From Patescibacteria group bacterium (GTDB taxonomy: Bacteria; Patescibacteriota; Patescibacteriia; UBA9570), in NCBI GenBank assembly GCA_024277435.1, contig JAJRVJ010000005.1, positions 25,747 through 89,746 on the forward strand: a DNA stretch of 64,000 nt, written 5' to 3'. The notes under the pieces are model-generated. The model had not been told where the DNA came from. It made no database searches and saw nothing but the letters and a program-made list of their open reading frames with translations. This document shows, in pieces, positions 23,195-33,055 of the stretch. The first letter of the stretch is position 1. Each line of letters starts with the position of its first letter. The position numbers were made by a program, and so were the translations under genes.

Positions 23195-26100
23195 TTAAGT
23201 AAAATCATCTGGATCCCATGCTCCCGCAAGTGGATCATCTTCAGCAATTTCTTCAGGCGCAGTTTCAGGAGCGGCTGACGGGAAACGATCAGGATCAATA
23301 ATTTGTAACCAGGTATCAGGAATTGCTGACTTAATAGCCCCGCGTGTATGCTCAGACCATCCTGCCCATACCATTGCCAACGCATCACGTACGGCGGTAT
23401 CATCAGCTGCAGCGCGTTGTTCAATATATGTTCTAAAATGATCGACATCATCAATGTGCTCTGGACGATACAATTGCTCACCATCAGCAATCTCTTGATC
23501 CCACATCGCAAACATGAAGCGTTCACGATTTTGACCTAGCTGATCCATTGAAATAGGCCCTAATTCGGAAAGTACACTTGAAAATTCAGATTGCCTCCAT
23601 GCCACATCTTCACGTATACCTATGTCACGCTGTCCCACGATGCGACGACGAACACGATCACGTAACCGATCATAATGCCCCTCTGCTTTCGCCCAATCTA
23701 TAAATGCAGTAAGAGCTTCTTCCTGTTCAGAATCTGGGCCTAAAAAAGCATCATACGTATTTCCTACTTGTATCGCCTTCAATAATGCGTCTGTATCCTC
23801 GCTCGTAAGAAATTCTTCTTGAAGCTCTTGTAAGCGTCGAGCAACTTCCTCAGTAAGCTCTGGAGCGCCTGTAGATTCTAGTTCCTCAGGTTGAGCGAAA
23901 GGAAAGTCTTCAGCTGGCGGCGCTTCAGTAAACCATTCATGTGGTATTTCTAGAACGCGTTTAAAATATAAAACCTCTCCTGCATCATCAGAAATTGCAG
24001 CCCAAATACGACGGCGTAATTCTGGTAATTCACCGGCAGATTCTAATTCTCGATAAAATTCCGAAAAGACAGCCACTTCTCTAGATGAAATTGGTGATAA
24101 AATTCCACCTCTCTCATAACTACCTCGTACATTAGTTGCAAAAATAGCTTTCTGACGCTGCTCCAGCTTATCGCTATCAGGAACAACAATATCAGCAACA
24201 AAATCACCCATACCAACAACTCTCCACGCTCGAGTAGTATTTATACCGTTAGAAAGATTATCTTTCACCATTTTTTGAACCCCAGTTCGTAATACATCTA
24301 ATTTACCGTTCTGTTCTGCCCATAAGCGTACTTGCGGCCATACTGCACGATCTTCTTCGTTATTAAAGGGAAACATAATAATACTTCCGCGCTCAAGTTG
24401 GTCAACAATCCTATCAAACGCTTCTCTATATCCTTCGGGAAGGCTTTGGCGTGGATCAGCCTCTGGCACTACAGGCGGCGCCTCTGCTGAAACTTGTTCT
24501 GGTGTTGCAGGAGTAGAAAAATCTGGTGGAGAAGCAGGTCCGCTAGGGGGCGCTGAAAAATCAGGAGGTGAGGTTGGCGCTGATGGCGTACCGAACGTTG
24601 GTGAAGCAACAGGTGTTCCAAAACTAAGTGGAGCAACCGGACCACCTCCTAGTCCACTTAAACCAACTGCGCTAGATGATGCTGAAGGTTTAATAACAAC
24701 CTTCGGAGCTGGTGCTTTAGGGGCGGCTGGCTTAGCTGGAGTTTTTGGTGTTGAAACAGCGGCGGTTGGCACCGAGGTTGTAGTATCAAAAATATCATAT
24801 CCTGCTACAGCATTCGCAACCACTTGACGAATCCTTGCGTTGTTAATACGAGGCACTAACCCGGTTGTTAAAAAACTGGCTGGCGGACCAGATACAGCAG
24901 CATGCTTATCTTCACCCGGCAATACTTCTATTGATCGCACTAACCGCTCCATAGCTGCTAATCCTGCATCACTTGTAAATGCGAATGGTAATGGATAATC
25001 AACTGAGGCATCAGTAACTGCGCCATGGTGACGCAATCGTTCCATAATATACTCACGCACTTTCACATTTGGGAACGCTAAATCAAATCGCACCACTAAT
25101 TCTGCTAAACGAAATAACTCCGTCACGTTTGTAAATTTTTGCATAATATCTGCACGCGCCCCATCAATAATTGCATTACCTGGCTCCACAGCAATAAAGT
25201 CGTTAAACCCATGCTGCATATCAATTAACGAGGTACGTAATCCACGGATATTACTTTGTAACGTACTTACACTTAAATCATTGCCACGATCAATCATTAA
25301 TTGCGAAACCACATCTACTAACGGACCAGGACTAGTAGCATCGGTAGATAAATAATTCTGCAAACCAGTTACCACAGCTGTATCTAATTGATCTGGATAC
25401 GGTGCCACCGTGGATTCTACGCCATTCAAAAATGGCTCGAAAGCACCATCGTACTGATCAGCATCGATATCCTGGTAAAACAAATCTCCCTCACCACCCT
25501 CATACCATTGTCGCGCCTCTATAACTTGCGTAACTATTGTACGAAGATCACGGCGTAATGTAGTTGCACTCTCTAGGAAATCAACACCTATATCACCATT
25601 CGTATTTACAGTTGTCATTACATCTTTCACACGCTCCGTTACACTCTGCTCTGCGGCATGTAAACGAGCATGACGTTGTCGTAATTCTAGCAACATTCCA
25701 GCTGGACGATCTCCTGTGTGTTCCTCTTCAGCAGCAGTTACTTCAGGATGTGAAAAATCACGCCCCTTGATACTATCTGGCACATACATTTCTGGTGAAC
25801 GTGGGGTGCGTCGCGTTTGCAAATTTTCCATGTTATATGGAGTGAGCTCTTCCTCAAGAAATGTACTTACTACAGCCTGACGCAATTCAGTATTTGTACC
25901 CTCCGAAACCTCACCTGCTAATTCACTTACGTTATGCATGATATCTTCTACTGCAAGTGTGTCAGCTAACTGCATTGTCACTTCACCGCCCCTAAAGAAT
26001 ATTTCTGCCAAACGATCGTTATTAATTGCTGAATTTAGACCAATGCTATCATTATACGTATACACGCTTAATTGCGATGCATGATTCAATGCTCCTGGTG

Positions 26101-28384
26101 GTAAATCAAATAACGACTCAGAAAATAACGACTCACTCGCCGTAAATATAGGAGTTCCGTCTGCTGGATTCAGTATTGTTACCATCCCTGTATTTGCATC
26201 AATGGTAATTGAAAAAGTATCTTCACCAATTTGAAATGGTTGTGCACTTCCATCAACAACACTTACCGTATTCGTTGTTTCAATAAGAGCCTCCCCAAGT
26301 GGCACACCATATTCCGTAATATCTATATGGTTTACTGTTTCACCAGTAGCGCTTATAAAATCTATTCTACTTCCATCTGGCGTAGCTTCTATTCCTACAG
26401 TGCGAATATCTACCCCCTCTGGAACCGGAATGATAGCATCTTGCACCATACCATCAGTGGTGTCACTAATAATAATTTCTGTACCACTCGCCGACAATGT
26501 AGCTATTCGATCACCACCAATATCAATCATGGCTGGCGCAGCTCCTTCAGGCCAAGCCGGTGGTGCACTTACTGGTTCAGTGTGCGGGAATGCCGCATCC
26601 AATACTAACGATACGGCTGACGCTGCAGCTCCACCAAGTAACGTGCCCTTGAGAATTTGTGTAAGCTCACCTTTACGAAGTTGTCCCTTAAATTTGCTTT
26701 CAACTTTCTCAATCAATTTCTTCCGTTTCTGATCTTCACGAATCATAGCATCTTGTAATTGTTTACGCGATTCATCTTCAAGCGTATCCATAAATGCAGT
26801 CACTTCAGAAAGCGCTCCCTCTAATTGTTGTGCGAACTGTAAGATAGCTGCGTCACGATTTTGATATCCAAAGCCAATGTAATCCTGCTCCCCACTTTTA
26901 CGTGAACGACGCATGCGCCCATGCGCGTCAGAAATTGTTCCATACAATACTAATACAGTATCATGTAATTCATTTTTTCGTTCGCGTAACTCAATTTCAT
27001 CATTTACAGAGTGTACTCCAAGTGGAGGTGCCTCCCCCTTTTTTCGCGCTTTAGCTTCTTGACTACGCGCTGCCCTCCATTTTTGCTCTGCATTCTTCAC
27101 TTCTTGTTCTGCTTTTTTTACAGCCATAACCTGCGCATCAAGAACTTGCACAATACGCTCAGCGCTGCGTACCACTTCATATTCTTCCTTGCCAACCTTT
27201 ACAGTGTATTCACGTGAACCAATAGCTGCATCTAATCGCTTCCGACGCTTCCGCTTTCGTGAATTCATTACTGCTCGTGCAAAACCAGCTACCGTACCTA
27301 AGCCTGCAGCAATAATTAAGCCAGTACCGCCAGTAAGCGCGCCTACACCCGCTGTAACACCTATTGTAAATTTTGCGCCTCCCCTTATTCCCACTGTCCA
27401 AGCGGTACCAGATGTTACAATGCGTTTCCCCCCATCAATAACTAACTGTAGCGCTGCTGGATAATCTCTATCAACTTCCTTTTCAATTACCTTTGAAGTA
27501 ACTGTGGCCTGCGCAGTTTCGGCTGCTAAATTTACTAGTTGATCTCGCAATAATACAGCCCAATGCTTATGAATAGCGTTTTTAATTTTAAATGCCTTAT
27601 TACCAGACTTCATTTCTGGAGTAGTGAAATCGAGTATCCCAAACGAACCTCCTAAATCGTACTCATTATTGCCGTGAATATTAATATGGCCAATAATCTG
27701 CTGGATACCATTAGTATATTCAGTATGCGCTAATACCTGAGCCACACTTATTTCACCGGCTTGAAATTCAGTAATAATTCGACGTAACTTCTTACCGCCC
27801 ATCTCCATATAATCTTCGAGACGCTTCCTATCAATTGCTCTGGTAATTGCCGATTCCAAAGCGGTATTCATATAACTCGTACGTTGACGAATCTCCGCTT
27901 TTTTCTTCGCTACATCACCAAAGTGCCTACTTTTACCAAAAGCCGAAAACGAAATATCATTCACTCCTAAATCTCTGCCCAACTCTTTCATTGCACCTGC
28001 AGTAAAACGATATAACCAACCAGACTGCGTCATGTTTTCGGCATGAGCATAATCCGATTCTGTTTTAGCTTCTAGTGAAATTTGCACTTCCAAATCACGT
28101 ACGGCATCACGTAGTATTTCGGATGAAATACCATGCTCATTCACTAAACCAGCTAAACGTTCTAATACATAGTCATCATGATATATTCCAGACTCACGAA
28201 ATCTCTTACCAAGCGCCTCACGAATATCATCAGTTTTTACAACTTGTACCTCAGGTACCTCACGAGATCGACGGCTTTTTCGCTGTAAATCAACCTCCCT
28301 TTTACGTACTCGCACATCACGTTCACGCTGTTGAGCACCATGTCTGTGGGTTTGCCGCTTAACTTGTTGTTCAGCTGGTAACAT
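23195..28384 (-). CDS. giant hypothetical protein (1729 aa) with a Gly-zipper TM hairpin, a long Pro/Ala/Ser-rich linker and unknown domains
   Basis: Single ORF. TM-like segment GVTAGVGALTGGTGLIIAAGLGTVAGF followed by RKRKRRKR. Low-complexity PAAPKAPAPK...SPPDFSAPPSGPASPPDF region. Its start lies 2 nt after the stop of the 104-aa ORF. Confidence 0.6.
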   Translation of the reverse strand: MLPAEQQVKRQTHRHGAQQRERDVRVRKREVDLQRKSRRSREVPEVQVVKTDDIREALGKRFRESGIYHDDYVLERLAGLVNEHGISSEILRDAVRDLEVQISLEAKTESDYAHAENMTQSGWLYRFTAGAMKELGRDLGVNDISFSAFGKSRHFGDVAKKKAEIRQRTSYMNTALESAITRAIDRKRLEDYMEMGGKKLRRIITEFQAGEISVAQVLAHTEYTNGIQQIIGHINIHGNNEYDLGGSFGILDFTTPEMKSGNKAFKIKNAIHKHWAVLLRDQLVNLAAETAQATVTSKVIEKEVDRDYPAALQLVIDGGKRIVTSGTAWTVGIRGGAKFTIGVTAGVGALTGGTGLIIAAGLGTVAGFARAVMNSRKRKRRKRLDAAIGSREYTVKVGKEEYEVVRSAERIVQVLDAQVMAVKKAEQEVKNAEQKWRAARSQEAKARKKGEAPPLGVHSVNDEIELRERKNELHDTVLVLYGTISDAHGRMRRSRKSGEQDYIGFGYQNRDAAILQFAQQLEGALSEVTAFMDTLEDESRKQLQDAMIREDQKRKKLIEKVESKFKGQLRKGELTQILKGTLLGGAAASAVSLVLDAAFPHTEPVSAPPAWPEGAAPAMIDIGGDRIATLSASGTEIIISDTTDGMVQDAIIPVPEGVDIRTVGIEATPDGSRIDFISATGETVNHIDITEYGVPLGEALIETTNTVSVVDGSAQPFQIGEDTFSITIDANTGMVTILNPADGTPIFTASESLFSESLFDLPPGALNHASQLSVYTYNDSIGLNSAINNDRLAEIFFRGGEVTMQLADTLAVEDIMHNVSELAGEVSEGTNTELRQAVVSTFLEEELTPYNMENLQTRRTPRSPEMYVPDSIKGRDFSHPEVTAAEEEHTGDRPAGMLLELRQRHARLHAAEQSVTERVKDVMTTVNTNGDIGVDFLESATTLRRDLRTIVTQVIEARQWYEGGEGDLFYQDIDADQYDGAFEPFLNGVESTVAPYPDQLDTAVVTGLQNYLSTDATSPGPLVDVVSQLMIDRGNDLSVSTLQSNIRGLRTSLIDMQHGFNDFIAVEPGNAIIDGARADIMQKFTNVTELFRLAELVVRFDLAFPNVKVREYIMERLRHHGAVTDASVDYPLPFAFTSDAGLAAMERLVRSIEVLPGEDKHAAVSGPPASFLTTGLVPRINNARIRQVVANAVAGYDIFDTTTSVPTAAVSTPKTPAKPAAPKAPAPKVVIKPSASSSAVGLSGLGGGPVAPLSFGTPVASPTFGTPSAPTSPPDFSAPPSGPASPPDFSTPATPEQVSAEAPPVVPEADPRQSLPEGYREAFDRIVDQLERGSIIMFPFNNEEDRAVWPQVRLWAEQNGKLDVLRTGVQKMVKDNLSNGINTTRAWRVVGMGDFVADIVVPDSDKLEQRQKAIFATNVRGSYERGGILSPISSREVAVFSEFYRELESAGELPELRRRIWAAISDDAGEVLYFKRVLEIPHEWFTEAPPAEDFPFAQPEELESTGAPELTEEVARRLQELQEEFLTSEDTDALLKAIQVGNTYDAFLGPDSEQEEALTAFIDWAKAEGHYDRLRDRVRRRIVGQRDIGIREDVAWRQSEFSSVLSELGPISMDQLGQNRERFMFAMWDQEIADGEQLYRPEHIDDVDHFRTYIEQRAAADDTAVRDALAMVWAGWSEHTRGAIKSAIPDTWLQIIDPDRFPSAAPETAPEEIAEDDPLAGAWDPDDFT

Positions 28385-28386
28385 AA

Positions 28387-28701
28387 TTAACTATCTTGTT
28401 TACACAACGTTATGTATTCTTCTTCAAAATGCTCTAACACCTCAAGTAACTTACCTTGTATTACCGGGGCTTGATCACCAAGAAATTCTTCTAGTTCTTT
28501 CTGCTCTACACCGCGCTCTAGTAAAGAACCGTATCGTACACGATCTTCAGCTGATAATTCCTGTAATACTGCAGCATCAAACTTCTGTTCAAGCTGAATG
28601 TACAGATCCATAATCATTTTTTCTTCCAGTTGCTCTGGAAGCTCCACATCATGAGCTTTATGCAGTAATTGGCGTATGCGCTCTACTAAACGTGGGTCCA
28701 T
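28387..28701 (-). CDS. small acidic helical protein (104 aa), first gene of the giant-protein operon
   Basis: ORF MDPRLVERIRQLLHKAHDVELPEQLEEKMIMDLYIQLEQKF..., tightly coupled to the 1729-aa gene. Confidence 0.5.
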   Translation of the reverse strand: MDPRLVERIRQLLHKAHDVELPEQLEEKMIMDLYIQLEQKFDAAVLQELSAEDRVRYGSLLERGVEQKELEEFLGDQAPVIQGKLLEVLEHFEEEYITLCKQDS

Positions 28702-28744
28702 ATATTAGTAAACATTATATAATTTCGATAAAGATTAACGAAAG

Positions 28745-28774
28745 ACAATAACACAAGATGACAACTTTGTCAAT
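28745..28774 (-). promoter_or_regulatory. putative sigma70-type promoter for the 104-aa / 1729-aa operon
   Basis: On the minus strand, TTGACA (plus 28769-28774), an 18-nt spacer, then TATTGT (plus 28745-28750), about 45 nt upstream of ATG 28701. Confidence 0.3.
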
Positions 28775-28832
28775 AGTTATTGCAAGTATATCATGTTTTG
28801 TAGGGGTCGCATACTATATAACCCATATACAA

Positions 28833-29390
28833 TTACCGTAATTCAAAATAGGCTCCAAAATTTACACTATCCCCTCCTCGATGAGAAAAATAGGTACCAT
28901 TATCACATTTTGTGCATACATCAACCAGTGCTATACGGTCATCCGTAACCCCATATTCTCTAGCCTGCACATAATTCTCTTGTTTAATATCAATATCTTC
29001 ATAACAACACGCCCCAATCGCCGGACCAATCGCAACGCGCACGGTTTCTGAATTAAACTCCTGAAGTACAACGGTAAGTATTTCTCGAATTGTACCCTGA
29101 AAACCCGCATGCACAACACCTCCGGAATGCGTAGATGGATCGTAAAGAATAATTGGCGTACAATCCGATACACCAACCCGCAATCGCAAGCCCACCTCTT
29201 TTGTAAGTAATGCATCCGTTTGAGAAACCGGTACCAATGTAGCGCTATCTACCCAGGCAAATGTATTGTGATGCACTTGCTCAGCAATAACGTCGTATTG
29301 TTGCAAATGCTCTGAATGTCGATTAGAAATTCCATGATCAATATTAAAATCTTCGAACAACGAAAATGTTAAAAGATCATTATTTCTCAT
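28833..29390 (-). CDS. YfiH/PgeF (DUF152) family laccase-domain / purine nucleoside phosphorylase-like protein
   Basis: VSDCTP, GVVHAGFQGT, CTKCDNGTYFSHRG motifs. Confidence 0.65.
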   Translation of the reverse strand: MRNNDLLTFSLFEDFNIDHGISNRHSEHLQQYDVIAEQVHHNTFAWVDSATLVPVSQTDALLTKEVGLRLRVGVSDCTPIILYDPSTHSGGVVHAGFQGTIREILTVVLQEFNSETVRVAIGPAIGACCYEDIDIKQENYVQAREYGVTDDRIALVDVCTKCDNGTYFSHRGGDSVNFGAYFELR

Positions 29391-30536
29391 TTACTTTTCG
29401 TTACCAATACTTTCATATACCTTGAGGGTTTCTTTAGCGCACTTATCCCAAGAAAAATTCTTTGCTTGTGCCTTTCCAGCCTTGCTCAAACGATCTCGAG
29501 TAGCTTTACGTGCAACAACCTTATTTATTGCTTTGCGTAGTGCAATTAGTGAGTTTGGTTTTACTAATTCGGCCGCCTTACCAGCCACCTCTGGTAATGA
29601 TGAAATATTTGAAGTAATTACTGGTGTGCCATAACTCATTGCTTCTAACACGGGCAAACCAAATCCTTCATACAATGATGGAAATAGAAATGCCTCTGCT
29701 CCATGCATCAGTGCAACCTTATCGCTTTGTGATAAATATCCCAAATAACGAATCTTTCCAGACTTTGCCTCTTGAATAGCTTTGTAATTTTCCTCAAAAC
29801 GATATCCTTTAGCTCCAGCAATCACTAACTGTACATCCTTATATTTCTTTGGATTTTTTACCGCAACCGTATCAAATGCCTCGATAATACCGGCGATATT
29901 TTTACGCGGCTCCAACGTTCCTACATATAATAAGTAGCGGCTTTGTAAATTATGTTTTTTTACCACCTGCCGTATTGTTAATTTCTTTGGTGCCTTCTCT
30001 TTTTCAATGCCTTCATGAACAACGACAAGTTTTTTCTTATCGACCTTAAATAATTTTCGAATGTCTTTAGCTGTAGATTCCGACACGGCAATAATACGAT
30101 CAGCTTTTTTTACACTTTTTGGTACTAATGTATTTACTGAAAAATCTTGTTTTGGCGGAAACCATTCCGGATGATTATAAATTGCCAAATCATGAACAGT
30201 AACCACTGAGGGTTTTTTATACTGCAGTGGTATTACATTAGCTGGCGCATGAAACACATCAAGCTTCGCTTTATTTAATACACTACTTACAAATGAATGC
30301 GAATATACGTAGGGGAAAAACTTCTTATACTCCGAGAATGCAAATTTAACTACCTCTGTATTCTTACGTTCAAACTGCTTGAGATTAGGTGCGCGATGAT
30401 CGAAAAATAATACATAGGTATTTTTCTTATCATGCTTTAATAAATATTTCACTAAGAAATAAGTGTAATGACCCACTCCAGCCTTTTCACCATGCTCCGG
30501 ACTTAAAATAGTTCTACAATCAATACCTATTCTCAT
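29391..30536 (-). CDS. glycosyltransferase family 4 (GT-B)
   Basis: EGFGLPVLEAMSYGTPVITSNISSLPEV C-terminal GT4 motif. Confidence 0.8.
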   Translation of the reverse strand: MRIGIDCRTILSPEHGEKAGVGHYTYFLVKYLLKHDKKNTYVLFFDHRAPNLKQFERKNTEVVKFAFSEYKKFFPYVYSHSFVSSVLNKAKLDVFHAPANVIPLQYKKPSVVTVHDLAIYNHPEWFPPKQDFSVNTLVPKSVKKADRIIAVSESTAKDIRKLFKVDKKKLVVVHEGIEKEKAPKKLTIRQVVKKHNLQSRYLLYVGTLEPRKNIAGIIEAFDTVAVKNPKKYKDVQLVIAGAKGYRFEENYKAIQEAKSGKIRYLGYLSQSDKVALMHGAEAFLFPSLYEGFGLPVLEAMSYGTPVITSNISSLPEVAGKAAELVKPNSLIALRKAINKVVARKATRDRLSKAGKAQAKNFSWDKCAKETLKVYESIGNEK

Positions 30537-30592
30537 TTATTTTTTGTTTCTATTCTTAATTATATTTTACTACCCTCTCCAACTACACTCTA

Positions 30593-32239
30593 TTACATTT
30601 TATCTGGCGCAGAAATACCCATTAATGCCAAGGTATTTGCTAGTACAATTTTAGCGGCCTGTGCCATCTGGGCGCGCGAAGCATTTACTGCATCATCTTC
30701 AATAATACGGCTACTCGCATAGAACTTATGAAATGCTCTAGCAACTTCTAGTGCATACTGTGGTAGCTTATGAACCCCGTACGATTGACTAACATCCTCA
30801 ACAACTTCTGGTAACTGAAATAACAACTTCGTTAAATGCTCTTCTGCAGAATTTGTATACGTAATTGGCGCACTCTCAATATCTCCAGCCTTATCTAGAA
30901 CACTCGCGATTCGCGCATGCGCATATTGCACATAATACACTGGGTTCTTATCCGATTCTTCTCGTGCAAGACTTAAATCAAAATCCATATGCGTATTTGC
31001 ATCATGCATCAAGAAAAACCACCGCACTACATCAAGACCAACTTCATCAATAAGTTCCTCAAGCGTAACAAACGTACCCTTACGCTTAGACATCTTTAAT
31101 TCCTTACCATTGAATATTAAGCGTACGAGTTGCGTGAAAATGATATCCATTTTTCCTTCATGACCAATCGCCTTCGAAGCTGCCTCCATTCGCCCTTTAT
31201 ATCCATGATGATCGGCACCTAATAACCACACCCAATGATCAATCTTGCGATCGACGTATTTATCGAGAAGATATAAAAGGTCTGAATAAAAATAGGTGTG
31301 CTCGCCGTTCTTTTTTACAATTACACGATCCTTATCATCGCCAAACTGTGAGGAGTTAAAAAACAATGCGCCATCTTGTTCATATACAAGATTATTATCA
31401 CGTAAGAATTTTTCAGCACGATCTACATTTTTCTTCGTATGTAATGATTTTTCCGATTTCCACACATCATACTGAATATCAAGTTTTTGTTCGCAAATCT
31501 CTTTGATACCATTAATCATTTCGTTAAGAGACCATTCCTTTACCTCATTGCGCATTTCTTGCATCGCTTCCTGGCTACCAAGCGGGGCATCTTTAAGCTT
31601 AATCTTCTTAGCAAGATCTTTAATATAATCACCCTTATATAAATCCTCAGGATAATCAATATTAATACCTTGTTCTTGCAAGTACCTACGCAGTACGGAC
31701 TCAGCTAACGTATCCACCTGAGCACCATAATCATTAATATAATATTCTGTAGTTACATTATAGCCACTTGATTTTAATACGCGCGCAATCACGTCACCGG
31801 TAAAACCACCACGACCATTCCCTAAATGAATTGGCCCAGTGGGATTGGCCGATAAAAATTCAACGAGGTATTCTTGTGGCTTACCATTTACCACGCCAAG
31901 GGTGTTCTTTCCATAATCAGCGCCCTGTTCTAATATTAGGCGCATTCCGCCAGCTAAAAACCGTTCATTCACGAAGAAATTAATAAAGCCTGGCTTTACA
32001 ACCTCCACAGTATCTACACCCTCCATATCAATATACTCCTTTATCTCCTCACCAATATCCATAGGACTCTTCTTCAAAATCTTTGCTAATGCCATAGCAA
32101 GATTAGTAGCATAATCTCCATGATCCTTATGTACTGGATACGTAATATCAAATTTTGGTAACTGAACATCTGGCCATACGTGATTGGCTTTTAGTTCGTC
32201 TACCACTCGTTCTAATTTATCTTTAATAACTTGCTTCAT
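30593..32239 (-). CDS. argS: arginine--tRNA ligase
   Basis: SANPTGPIHLGNGRGG (HIGH-region equivalent) and class I ArgS architecture. Start taken at MKQVIKDKLERV. Confidence 0.9.
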   Translation of the reverse strand: MKQVIKDKLERVVDELKANHVWPDVQLPKFDITYPVHKDHGDYATNLAMALAKILKKSPMDIGEEIKEYIDMEGVDTVEVVKPGFINFFVNERFLAGGMRLILEQGADYGKNTLGVVNGKPQEYLVEFLSANPTGPIHLGNGRGGFTGDVIARVLKSSGYNVTTEYYINDYGAQVDTLAESVLRRYLQEQGINIDYPEDLYKGDYIKDLAKKIKLKDAPLGSQEAMQEMRNEVKEWSLNEMINGIKEICEQKLDIQYDVWKSEKSLHTKKNVDRAEKFLRDNNLVYEQDGALFFNSSQFGDDKDRVIVKKNGEHTYFYSDLLYLLDKYVDRKIDHWVWLLGADHHGYKGRMEAASKAIGHEGKMDIIFTQLVRLIFNGKELKMSKRKGTFVTLEELIDEVGLDVVRWFFLMHDANTHMDFDLSLAREESDKNPVYYVQYAHARIASVLDKAGDIESAPITYTNSAEEHLTKLLFQLPEVVEDVSQSYGVHKLPQYALEVARAFHKFYASSRIIEDDAVNASRAQMAQAAKIVLANTLALMGISAPDKM

Positions 32240-32261
32240 CCGCTGCAGTATAGCGTGTTTT

Positions 32262-32666
32262 CTACACCTCCGCAATTATTTTTTGCAACGACTCTTCAAC
32301 ATGCTTTGCTACATCTGCAACCTTAGGATTATCTATGAAACCCATCGCCACACTTGGCCGAATTGCAGAAACAAATACCTCTCCAGCTTTCTCATACACT
32401 ATTACATTGCACGGCAGTAATAATCCAATCTCAATTTCATTATGAATGGCTTCATACGCAGATGGTGGATGACAGGCTCCTAAAATCACATAATTCTCCA
32501 TATCCTTTTCAAGTTTCTCTTGCATTTTTTCTCGAACATCAATTCTTGTGAGGATTCCAAATCCTTCGTCTGCGAGTAATATTGTTACACGCTCTATCGC
32601 TTCCTCAAACGCTAAATTTGTTTTTTTAGAAATGCCATAATGTTCCATACCATTGAATGTTATCAA
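32262..32666 (-). CDS. DUF302 domain protein
   Basis: 134 aa; ILGACHPPSA motif typical of DUF302. Confidence 0.65.
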   Translation of the reverse strand: MITFNGMEHYGISKKTNLAFEEAIERVTILLADEGFGILTRIDVREKMQEKLEKDMENYVILGACHPPSAYEAIHNEIEIGLLLPCNVIVYEKAGEVFVSAIRPSVAMGFIDNPKVADVAKHVEESLQKIIAEV

Positions 32667-32697
32667 TTAACTATCTGTGTATACTTAGAATTAAATA

Positions 32698-33009
32698 CTA
32701 ATGTGAAAATAGAATTTCAGCAAGGACAAATACCAAAACCAATAAGCCAATTCCCATTACAAGAAACACTACTGGTGATCGCTCCTGCTTCCACATAACA
32801 GCAAATACTCCAATAATAAGTGCTGCTATGGCGCAGAGAACTGCCAGCACCATTGGAACGGCTAATTTAGGATTACTAAAAAAAGCATCTCCACCACGCT
32901 CTCCAATAGATACAAACACCATAAACATTCCATACATTACTGCGAAAAAACCAATTAAGCGAACTGACCACTTACCTAAGATTGTTGTTGGTACAAATTG
33001 CATCTTCAT
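32698..33009 (-). CDS. hypothetical membrane protein
   Basis: 103 aa, 3 TM helices. Confidence 0.4.
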   Translation of the reverse strand: MKMQFVPTTILGKWSVRLIGFFAVMYGMFMVFVSIGERGGDAFFSNPKLAVPMVLAVLCAIAALIIGVFAVMWKQERSPVVFLVMGIGLLVLVFVLAEILFSH

Positions 33010-33055
33010 AATTCACTCCTTATTATGATATTAAATACGTCTAGTACTTTTAGCG

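Noticed and set aside
20555-28362. Numerous 60-210-aa ORFs inside the 1017-aa and 1729-aa genes (for example 22357..22992, 23101..23526, 26231..26732, 27189..27464)
   Set aside because: They are alternate-frame or antisense ORFs in GC-richer DNA, where spurious open frames are common; each is fully contained within a long uninterrupted ORF.
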